This document shows, in pieces, positions 1-8,245 of a stretch of DNA of 64,000 nt. Where the stretch lies: positions 62,001-126,000 of the forward strand of contig CAWKCK010000002.1 in NCBI GenBank assembly GCA_963848135.1. The letters run 5' to 3'. The notes beneath the pieces are model-generated. The model had not been told where the DNA came from and did no database searches. It was given only the letters and a program-made list of their open reading frames with translations. This DNA comes from an uncultured delta proteobacterium (GTDB taxonomy: Bacteria > Desulfobacterota > Desulfobacteria > Desulfobacterales > SG8-13). A program made the translations under genes and the position numbers. The first letter of the stretch is position 1, and each line of letters opens with the position of its first letter.

Positions 1-2
1 TC

Positions 3-122
3 ATCGTTTCCATCAACGAACTGGCCGAAGATATCGGTGTTGCAGACCAACTGAAAAATTATCTGTCCTCCTGGCACCGGAAGTATGAAGCGCTGTTGGA
101 TAGATTGGGAATACACTTATAG
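3..122 (+). CDS. 3' end of an unknown gene entering the window
   Basis: Open frame from base 3 to TAG at 120-122 (IVSINELAEDIGVADQLKNYLSSWHRKYEALLDRLGIHL*), same strand as the following cluster. Confidence 0.5.
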   Translation: MVSINELAEDIGVADQLKNYLSSWHRKYEALLDRLGIHL

Positions 123-230
123 TTACGAATGCCGCTGTTGCGCGCGTCACCGACAAACACTGGAAAAGGATCAGCGCTATATGAGGAGACAACCCGTCGG
201 AGAAAATTGGTGGAGGTCGGCTTGACCGGA

Positions 231-1241
231 ATGAAGGACCTTTCCCCGCGTTGGTATTTCGATTTTATTAACAGTTTGCCAACGGCTGTTTATCGAACGA
301 CGATTGAGGGCAAAATTGTTTTTTGCAATCGCAGATTTGCCGGTATGTTCGGTTTTGAGTCTGCCGATGAAATATCCGGGTTTCAGGCCATAAATCTTTA
401 CCGCAATAAGAGAGACCGGGGAATTCTCGTGCATTCGATTATGCAAAATGGCGGTGTTAACGATTTACCGCTGCCGTTGGTCCGGCAAGATGGCACGCCG
501 ATTTGGTGCAGCGTTACCGCCAGAGCGGTTCTGGATGATGACGACATGGTGGTGCATCTGGATGGTGTGCTGCAGGAAATAACGGATAAAATTGAGGAAG
601 AAGGCATGCCAGCGGGTATCGATGCAACCGCCGGCACTGCCGAGGAAATAATCATCGTTTTCGATGTTCAAGGAACGCTGCTCGAGATTAATGACGCCGG
701 CGCGCGTCTCCTGGGGTATCCGGCAGCCGAATTGAGGGGGAGGTCCTTGAGTGATTTTATCGCTCCCAGGCATCGGGAACTTCTCATGCTTTATACGGCG
801 GATATCCTAAAATTCGGCTCTGAGCAGATTATTCTACCCATTGTCGACAAAGACGGTGTTGAACATCAGGTCGATTGTCAGGCACTGTTGATCAAACAGA
901 GAAACAAAGCGCATCATATCAAAGGGGTTGCCAAGGATGTTACCCGTCGGCTGGTCCGACAGAAAGTCGCGGCCGGCGAAGAAAAGTTCCAAGGTGTTCT
1001 GGAAATGGCCGGCGGTGTTGCCCATCGGCTGAATCAGCCTTTGACTATCATCAACCATCTCTTGGCAGAGATTACTGCAGATCAAAAACCCGGACATGCC
1101 CACTACGACAAGATGATGACCGTTCGAAAACAGGTTTCTAAAATGACTGAAATAACAAAAAAAATAAGCAATATACGAAAGTACGCCGCCATGGAGTACG
1201 TGGCCGGGATAAAGATTGTCGACATTGACCGGGCCAGTTGA
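231..1241 (+). CDS. Double-PAS sensor with C-terminal HisKA (DHp) helix pair and no HATPase domain
   Basis: Two PAS/PAC-like segments, then H-box AGGVAHRLNQPLTII; protein ends about 70 aa later. ATG 231 chosen after GGAGG (ORF track starts at 129). Confidence 0.8.
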   Translation: MKDLSPRWYFDFINSLPTAVYRTTIEGKIVFCNRRFAGMFGFESADEISGFQAINLYRNKRDRGILVHSIMQNGGVNDLPLPLVRQDGTPIWCSVTARAVLDDDDMVVHLDGVLQEITDKIEEEGMPAGIDATAGTAEEIIIVFDVQGTLLEINDAGARLLGYPAAELRGRSLSDFIAPRHRELLMLYTADILKFGSEQIILPIVDKDGVEHQVDCQALLIKQRNKAHHIKGVAKDVTRRLVRQKVAAGEEKFQGVLEMAGGVAHRLNQPLTIINHLLAEITADQKPGHAHYDKMMTVRKQVSKMTEITKKISNIRKYAAMEYVAGIKIVDIDRAS

Positions 1242-1290
1242 TCCCGTTGTATCAACCCCTTCATGCGCATGGCTTACCAAGAGGCGGATA

Positions 1291-2313
1291 ATGATAAAAA
1301 AAGTCCTGATCGTCGATGATGACGGAGAGATGTTGAACGCCTTGCAAGAGGGATTTGCAAGGTATGAAGATACCTTTAAGGTCGTGACGGCCGAAAATGG
1401 GGAGAGTGGCATCGATGCGTTAAAAAATCACACCCTATCCCTGGTCGTAACCGACCTTAAGATGCCCGGCGTCGATGGACTGGCTCTCCTGCAGCACGTT
1501 ATGCAGAATTATCCGGACATTCCGGTCATCATGATGACGGCCTACAGTACCCCTCAAATGGAAAGACTCGCCCGCGAAGGCGGTGCGGTCGGTTACATTG
1601 CCAAGCCGTTCAAGCTCGAAAACCTGGCCAAAAAAATTATGGCCACGTTGCGACAGGAATCCGAGGGCGGGACGCTGCACAGCGTATCTTCAGGCATATT
1701 CCTGCAGCTGATGGAAATGGAACAGAAAACCTGCACGATCAGGCTCGAAGACCGAACTTCGGATAAGAAGGGCGTGCTGTTTTTTTCCGATGGAGAGCTT
1801 CTCGATGCGCGGGTGAATAATTTGCAGGGCAAGCCGGCTGCTTATGAAATATTCACCTGGGACAAAGTCACGATATCGATTCAGAACCATTGCCCTTCCA
1901 TCGAAAATAGAATCCAAAGTGAGCTCCAACCGTTGATACTCGACGCGACCCGGATGAAGGACGAGGCGGAGCCTGCCGGGCAACCGCTGCAAATGGACCA
2001 GAACATCGACGAGGAATCGGTCGTTGCAGAAATCCAAACCTCAAATCCATCCCAGCGCATCAAAGACGCCATTGAGAAAAGGATCGGACAAGAGGCTGGA
2101 ATTAAAGACATTTCCCAGGATAACTCCTGGGATGGGCTGATCCGGCAGCTTTCTGCCATGGGAGAGCATTTTGACATCGGGGCATTAAAGGTTTTTTTCC
2201 TCGACAAGGGAGATCCACTCGACCGCATTATAATACCCGGTCGAAAAACAACCGTCATATCGGTGAGCCCGAAATCTCCCAGAGACAAGATCCTGAGTGT
2301 ATTGAGTCAGTAA
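1291..2313 (+). CDS. Response regulator: REC + DUF4388 (PatA-N-like) + possible degenerate Roadblock-like C-terminus
   Basis: KVLIVDDD...LVVTDLKMPG...IMMTAY...YIAKPF receiver motifs; GTLHSVSSGIFLQLMEMEQKTCTI...GVLFFSDGELLDA resembles DUF4388. Confidence 0.85.
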   Translation: MIKKVLIVDDDGEMLNALQEGFARYEDTFKVVTAENGESGIDALKNHTLSLVVTDLKMPGVDGLALLQHVMQNYPDIPVIMMTAYSTPQMERLAREGGAVGYIAKPFKLENLAKKIMATLRQESEGGTLHSVSSGIFLQLMEMEQKTCTIRLEDRTSDKKGVLFFSDGELLDARVNNLQGKPAAYEIFTWDKVTISIQNHCPSIENRIQSELQPLILDATRMKDEAEPAGQPLQMDQNIDEESVVAEIQTSNPSQRIKDAIEKRIGQEAGIKDISQDNSWDGLIRQLSAMGEHFDIGALKVFFLDKGDPLDRIIIPGRKTTVISVSPKSPRDKILSVLSQ

Positions 2314-2471
2314 ATGGATTGGCGAAATTTTAAAAAATCTTTTGTCTGATGAAAAGTCCGAACGATGCCGATATATATATATGTTGAGGGCCGTTCTATA
2401 TCCACTCCGGGCGGGCACGGATTCCGGAAAAATAGGTGGATCCGAGACCACTGAAGGGCGGAGAATTAAAG

Positions 2472-2822
2472 ATGAAAGATATGTTCAAGGATATTGTCGA
2501 TATGGATGGCGTCAACGGCGTCATCCTGCTGTCATACGAAGGGACTGTTCTTTTTGAAAGCTATTCGGCGACTTTTAACCTTACGTCCGATAGGCGTGAT
2601 TGGCTGGGATTGGTATCGGCGCTCGATGGCATAAGGGAGGCGGATATGGTATTTGAGGGGGCCCGGATTTATGCCCGCCGCAGTGAAATCGGATACCTGC
2701 TGGTTCTCATGTCATCGTTCGTGTCGGTGGCCATGCTGCGCCTCAACTGTGACATATTGTTGCCGTCTCTCAAACCGACCCAAGGGTCGAAAGGGATCAA
2801 ACGGTTTTTTAAGAAAAAATGA
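2472..2822 (+). CDS. Roadblock/LC7 (MglB-like) small protein
   Basis: 116 aa; MKDMFKDIVDMDGVNGVILLSYEGTVLF and C-terminal VAMLRLNCDILL pattern typical of the Roadblock fold; GGAG RBS upstream. Confidence 0.65.
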   Translation: MKDMFKDIVDMDGVNGVILLSYEGTVLFESYSATFNLTSDRRDWLGLVSALDGIREADMVFEGARIYARRSEIGYLLVLMSSFVSVAMLRLNCDILLPSLKPTQGSKGIKRFFKKK

Positions 2823-2887
2823 ATTAAAAGATCATCCATCGGCACCGTTAGTGACAATGTCCCCCACCATACCGGAGTGAACGAAAC

Positions 2888-5290
2888 ATGAAGACAGGGC
2901 ACGCAAAGGTAAATTCTGAAGTCGATATGCGGATCAATGAGGCAGAAGTCTGCCGCAACATGGGGCTCTATGATGAATCTCTGAGCATCTACGAGCAGGT
3001 TCTTGCAAAAATTCCCGATACAGAAGTCCAGAAGGTCGAGACCATCAAGACCCGGATCGATGAGATTCGCCAGGAAATTTCGGACCGGGAACAAACCGAT
3101 AAAAAGCAGGTATCCGCTCAGGATATCAGTATGGTCAAAAAGACGCTCTCGGGTGGTCAGGATTCGGAAAATGATACCTTAAGTGGCCAAACAGTTTTGG
3201 ACAGTGCTGCCAGTTTCAGAGAGTTGGGGCTTTTTAATGAGGCGATCAGTGAATATGAAAAGCTCATCGTTCAAGGCCATCCGCCGGAAACGATCGCGGC
3301 TGACTTCACGGATTGCTTGCTGAAGATCAATTCTCCCGTCAAATTGGTGGGGTACATTTCAAAACTCGTCGGTGACCAACGATTGGCGAAGGAAAACAGA
3401 GCCACGATACAATGTCTCATCGGCCAAGAAATGGAGAAGAGGGACCACAAGGACCCGGCCCTCGATCTTTACAAGGAGGCGCTAAAAACCAACCCGATCG
3501 ACACCGAGATCAGAAAGCGTCTGGATGGCCTCACAGCGAGCCTGTCTTCAAAATCTAAATATGATTACCTCCTGCGACAGAAAATGGTCGACACGGATCA
3601 GCTCCAGAAGGCCTTCGCCCTGTCGAAGAAAATGAACAAAAGTGTCGAGTTCGTTCTGACCGGACAGTACGGTATCAGTAAATCCGATATTGGCAAGTCG
3701 TTCTCGGCTTACTATGGTTGCCCGTTCCGCGAGTACGACCCGAACGTATCTGTTCCGCATGAGCTGTTGACCAACCTTAAGGAAGCCTTCCTAATAAATG
3801 AAGGCTGGGTGCCTCTCAACTGGGACAAGGATTTTGTCGAAGTGCTGGTCTATGACCCACGCGACCTCAACAAAACCGACAATATCAAATCCCTGTTGAA
3901 CACACCCAAAATAAACTTTTCCGTTGCGATAAAAGAAGACATAGAAGAGTATGTCAAACGATTTTTTGACCGAGACAACACTCTGGATACTGATTCAGAC
4001 GATGATAATCTTGACAACTTCGATATCATTCCCGATGTTTCTTTCGAGGAGGAAGAAGAAGATGAAATCATCGAGGATTCCGACGAAAGTTCAAGCAAAG
4101 TCGTCAAGTTGGTGGATCAGTTCATTATAGCAGCGTATCGTAAAAATGCCTCCGATATTCATATTGAGCCGTCACCGACAAGCAAAGCCACATCCATCCG
4201 CTTCCGAATGGACGGTGTGTGCCAGGAGTACCTAAAAGTACCGAACTCCATGGCGCGCGGTATCCTGTCACGCGTAAAGATCATGTCGCAATTGGACATC
4301 GCCGAGCGCCGGCTGCCCCAAGACGGTAAAATAAAATTCAAACGCAAAGGTATACCGGCATTCGAACTCCGGGTAGCGACCCTTCCGACCACCGGTGGTT
4401 ACGAAGATGCCGTTCTACGGATCCTGGCCAAAGCCGGGGCAATGAAAATGGAGGATATGGGCCTAACGGAAAGAAATTACACCGTGCTGGACACGATCGT
4501 CCAAAAGCCCTATGGCTTGATTCTGTGTGTGGGCCCCACCGGATCTGGAAAAACGACAACCCTGCATGCAGCCCTGGGAAGCATCAATGATCCGGGGGTA
4601 AAGATCTGGACCGCTGAGGATCCAGTGGAAATTACCCAGGCCGGTTTACGACAAGTGGAAGCCAAACCGCGCATCGGGCTCGATTTCGCGCGGATCATGC
4701 GGGCATTTTTGCGGGCGGACCCCGATATCATTATGATCGGTGAGATGCGGGATGAGGAAACAGCCTCGATCGGCGTGGAAGCGTCCCTAACCGGACACCT
4801 GGTGTTGTCGACCCTGCATACCAACAGCGCACCGGAGACGATCACGCGGTTGCTCGATATGGGTCTCAACCCACTGAATTTCTCCGATGCGTTCCTCGGC
4901 GTTTTGGCCCAACGCCTGGTTCGCAGACTGTGTTCCAAATGTGCCAAGGAATACAATCCTGCCAGGGAAGAATTCGAAGAAGTGACTTCCGATTACGGTA
5001 AGAAGATGTTTGAAAAGGCCGGCATTAATTATGACTCTGATTTGATCCTCAAGGCGCCCGGCAGCTGCGACATGTGTTCCGGCACCGGCTACAGGGGGCG
5101 CTTGGGGATTCATGAACTGATGGAGGGAACCCCTACCGTCAAACGCATGATCAAGAAAAAGGCGTCAACCGAAGAGCTTTTAGAACAAGCGGCCGGGGAG
5201 GGCATGACGACCTTGAAACAGGACGGTATATTGAAGGTTTTCAAAGGAATTACCGATATCCGTGAGGTTCGCCGTGTCTGTATCAACTGA
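2888..5290 (+). CDS. GspE/PilB-family secretion ATPase with N-terminal TPR-like extension
   Basis: ASDIHIEP, LDIAERRLPQDG, Walker A GPTGSGKTT, EDPVE, Walker B DIIMIGEMRD, STLHTN, Zn pairs CSKC/CDMC; TPR-like helices in the first ~220 aa. Confidence 0.92.
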   Translation: MKTGHAKVNSEVDMRINEAEVCRNMGLYDESLSIYEQVLAKIPDTEVQKVETIKTRIDEIRQEISDREQTDKKQVSAQDISMVKKTLSGGQDSENDTLSGQTVLDSAASFRELGLFNEAISEYEKLIVQGHPPETIAADFTDCLLKINSPVKLVGYISKLVGDQRLAKENRATIQCLIGQEMEKRDHKDPALDLYKEALKTNPIDTEIRKRLDGLTASLSSKSKYDYLLRQKMVDTDQLQKAFALSKKMNKSVEFVLTGQYGISKSDIGKSFSAYYGCPFREYDPNVSVPHELLTNLKEAFLINEGWVPLNWDKDFVEVLVYDPRDLNKTDNIKSLLNTPKINFSVAIKEDIEEYVKRFFDRDNTLDTDSDDDNLDNFDIIPDVSFEEEEEDEIIEDSDESSSKVVKLVDQFIIAAYRKNASDIHIEPSPTSKATSIRFRMDGVCQEYLKVPNSMARGILSRVKIMSQLDIAERRLPQDGKIKFKRKGIPAFELRVATLPTTGGYEDAVLRILAKAGAMKMEDMGLTERNYTVLDTIVQKPYGLILCVGPTGSGKTTTLHAALGSINDPGVKIWTAEDPVEITQAGLRQVEAKPRIGLDFARIMRAFLRADPDIIMIGEMRDEETASIGVEASLTGHLVLSTLHTNSAPETITRLLDMGLNPLNFSDAFLGVLAQRLVRRLCSKCAKEYNPAREEFEEVTSDYGKKMFEKAGINYDSDLILKAPGSCDMCSGTGYRGRLGIHELMEGTPTVKRMIKKKASTEELLEQAAGEGMTTLKQDGILKVFKGITDIREVRRVCIN

Positions 5291-5596
5291 TTCCCTAACG
5301 CTGAAGGAATGCCGGTCGACCTGTGGGTCTTCCGCCGAACACTCTCCGTAAAACAACCGGAATTGCTGGAAAAACTTACATGTTTTGACAGTTTCCAGAG
5401 GTCTAAACGGCCTGAAAATACACACTGCCTGCGAATGAAGGGCGACAATGGCCACGCCTGCGGTCAGTATCTATAGCCCCTCGTTTTAATTTAAGCCGCA
5501 CGATAATTGGGCGACAGTTTTACCATGAGGTACCTCGAGGATATGAGCCGGTGTTGGATGAATGTTTGGCTCAAGCAGCGCAAGGGGTGAAGCGCG

Positions 5597-6367
5597 ATGG
5601 TAACCGAATGGACCATTGGTTCTGAGGACTGGAAAGATCGCATTCACGCTGGCGCCATATCGCTGGGAATCACCCTCGATCGCTCCACCGTGGATCTTTT
5701 TTCCGTTCATGCGTTAGAATTGATGCGTTGGAACACCAAGATCAACCTGACTGCCATTACCGATCCGCTTGACGTGGCGGTTAAACACTACATCGATTCG
5801 ATTGCCCCCGCCGAGCTGATCCCGCAGCATGCCCGTCTACTCGATATCGGTTCCGGCGCCGGTTTTCCAGGAATTCCTCTCAAGATCATGTTCCCCTCGC
5901 TGACGGCAACGTTGACTGATGCTGTTCGGAAAAAAGTCACTTTCCTCAACCATTCGGGCAGGACCTTGCAGCTTAAGAATTTTAGAGCGCTGCATGTCCG
6001 CATCGAAAAAGGTCAAAGTGTTGGGGGAGCCCAGTCCGGGCGGCAGAATAAAACTGCGGCGTCGCGCCATAAGATATCGTCGGCCGGCGGTATGTCTCAG
6101 CATAACTTTGAGGTGGTGGTTGCTCGTGCGTTGTCATCGTTGGACTCTTTTCTCACGATGGCATGGCCGTTGCTGGCACGAAAGGGAAGAATTGTGGCTT
6201 TGAGGGGGCGGCTCACGGAGGCGGAGATCGATTCGGCATCGCGCACCGTCGAGTGGTTGGTGTCGAATCAAAACCATTCGATCGGTTCACCCCAAATAAT
6301 TGTGAAGCGTTATACGTTGCCTTTTCTGGGTGACGAAAGAAGTATATTTGTCGTCAGGTGCGACTGA
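5597..6367 (+). CDS. rsmG: 16S rRNA m7G527 methyltransferase
   Basis: WNTKINLTAI, HYIDS, LLDIGSGAGFPGIPL, VVARAL motifs. Confidence 0.92.
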   Translation: MVTEWTIGSEDWKDRIHAGAISLGITLDRSTVDLFSVHALELMRWNTKINLTAITDPLDVAVKHYIDSIAPAELIPQHARLLDIGSGAGFPGIPLKIMFPSLTATLTDAVRKKVTFLNHSGRTLQLKNFRALHVRIEKGQSVGGAQSGRQNKTAASRHKISSAGGMSQHNFEVVVARALSSLDSFLTMAWPLLARKGRIVALRGRLTEAEIDSASRTVEWLVSNQNHSIGSPQIIVKRYTLPFLGDERSIFVVRCD

Positions 6368-6385
6368 GTTAAAGAAGATAATAAA

Positions 6386-6769
6386 TTACGACTTTCGCTG
6401 CTTTTTCAACATTTCTTTGTGTTTCTCCGTTTTTAACAGCATGGTGTCGTTGATGACATTCTTACCACCGAGGGAGGCTTTTCGGTTAATATAAATCTCC
6501 ATAGTGTGTTTCCCGACAGTTATAATGTCTCGGTCATTGAGATCGGCACGGGAAATGGTTTTTTCGTTTAAATAGGTTCCGTTTGTGCTCTTGAGGTCTT
6601 CGATGAAAAATTTTTCTTCCTTTGTGAATATTTTCGCGTGTTGCTTGGAAACACTCAAGTTGTCGATCTGAATATCGTTGGTCTCGTTCCTGCCGATTGT
6701 AATGACGTCCTTGTCAGTTTCGACTGTTTTGAGCAACTTGTCATTGAATTTCAGCAATATGGTCAGCAT
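6386..6769 (-). CDS. Stand-alone FHA-domain protein
   Basis: ITIGR...VSKQHA...DLKSTNGTYLN FHA signature; ATG 6769 after GGAGG. Confidence 0.88.
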   Translation of the reverse strand: MLTILLKFNDKLLKTVETDKDVITIGRNETNDIQIDNLSVSKQHAKIFTKEEKFFIEDLKSTNGTYLNEKTISRADLNDRDIITVGKHTMEIYINRKASLGGKNVINDTMLLKTEKHKEMLKKQRKS

Positions 6770-6990
6770 GAATCCTCCTTCAGTATCCATTTCAAGCGGT
6801 TCAACTCTCTGCTGTGTCCGCGATTGCGTCACTGCAGAGATTACAGCGGTCACTGCCTCATTTGAGGCTGTATTATACCATAAAATCGATTTTGGGTGCA
6901 ACGGAAAGACAAGAAACAAGCGTAGGTGAACCGGCGCACATTGTGCTTATGGGCAAGGGGACTACCAGCGTCTGATCGCGAAGATTACGA

Positions 6991-7476
6991 TTAATCCAGA
7001 TGAATAAATTCGGTGTCGAGGGAATGATTGTTCACTTTCAGGACTGCAACCGTCGGGCGGTGATTATGGCGGGGTTGAGATGCACTTCCGGGGTTGATGA
7101 AGGTAACACCGTTCTTCGTCTCCATATGCGGACGATGGGAATGGCCGTAAATAATGGCGTGAATACCGGCGGCGGCCGGGTCGAGGTCGAGTCGGCAAAG
7201 ATCGTGAAGGATGAAAAGATTGATCTTGTCGACGGTGATTAAATCTACGGTCGGCAGCTCATTGGCCCAGTGACCCCGGTCCATATTTCCCCGCACCGCT
7301 TTGACAGGCGCCACATCTTTCAGAAACATGAGAACGTCGGGGGTATCGATGTCGCCTGCGTGTACGATCATATCGACCCCTTCCAACGATTTGATAGCCA
7401 GCGCGTCGAGATAACCGTGAGTATCGGATATCAGCCCAATGCGGATGATTCGGTTTTTGGGTGAATTCTTTTTCAT
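6991..7476 (-). CDS. YfcE/MJ0936-family metallophosphoesterase
   Basis: SDTHG, HAGD, VRGNMD, GHSH, NPGS motifs. Confidence 0.9.
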   Translation of the reverse strand: MKKNSPKNRIIRIGLISDTHGYLDALAIKSLEGVDMIVHAGDIDTPDVLMFLKDVAPVKAVRGNMDRGHWANELPTVDLITVDKINLFILHDLCRLDLDPAAAGIHAIIYGHSHRPHMETKNGVTFINPGSASQPRHNHRPTVAVLKVNNHSLDTEFIHLD

Positions 7477-7617
7477 TTTATTTACGCTGCCGAATTCAGT
7501 CAACACATCAATCATTTGTATTACCTAAAGTGAGCGTTTCAAATTATAAATGGAGGGGGAACTGCTTTATTTATAGGGAATTCTATCATCGTTTGATTTT
7601 AAAATTTGAAACCCTAC

Positions 7618-7734
7618 GAGATTGCCAATCTTGCCGCATCTACGGCGTCATATGCCGTCCCGCATAGCTGATCCCTCCAGAGGCGGGACGGAACGGCATC
7701 TTCCTTGTATCTGCGGCAACCTCGACAATCGCTC
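7618..7734. repeat. Long imperfect intergenic hairpin (miniature repeat element candidate 1)
   Basis: TTGCCGCA (7631-7638) pairs with TGCGGCAA (7712-7719); CCGTCCCGC (7655-7663) pairs with GCGGGACGG (7683-7691). Confidence 0.6.
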
Positions 7735-8076
7735 AAATTAGGTACTATTTAGAGGCAAGCTTCAGTTTTATGGTCCAGAGAGAGATGTGTTATCAGATCG
7801 AATGCTGAAAAACAAACCCTGGAACTTTACCGGGTGAAAAATGGTGCTAACACCACGGATGGCACAAATGTATCGATATACGGGGGACTTGGCACGGCGA
7901 AAAAAGACCAGCTTCCAAAAGAGTATCGGGGCGCCGAGTCAGGGCGTAGGGGAAAGACTCTGCGGATCTGACATAAGGGGTTTCAAGGCAGAAATCCCGT
8001 AATCGGCAGGAAATATAACCCCTTCTATCCAATATGCAACCACATGAAATGACTGTATAAAAATACTCGGATTGTC

Positions 8077-8105
8077 TTGACTTTCTATCGGTATTCATGT
8101 AAAAT
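8077..8105 (+). promoter_or_regulatory. Sigma70-type promoter for the large TPR gene
   Basis: TTGACT (8077-8082), 17 bp spacer, TAAAAT (8100-8105). Confidence 0.6.
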
Positions 8106-8245
8106 GTTTTCATATATTCAATGGGTTACAGCTTGACCTGACCATTGGCAATTGTAAGCCAAGCGGGGATTGGGCCACCGGTTTCACCGGCGCCGGTGTA
8201 CCGAGTCTCTGACGGACTCAAACCGGATTACCCCAAACAGACCGG

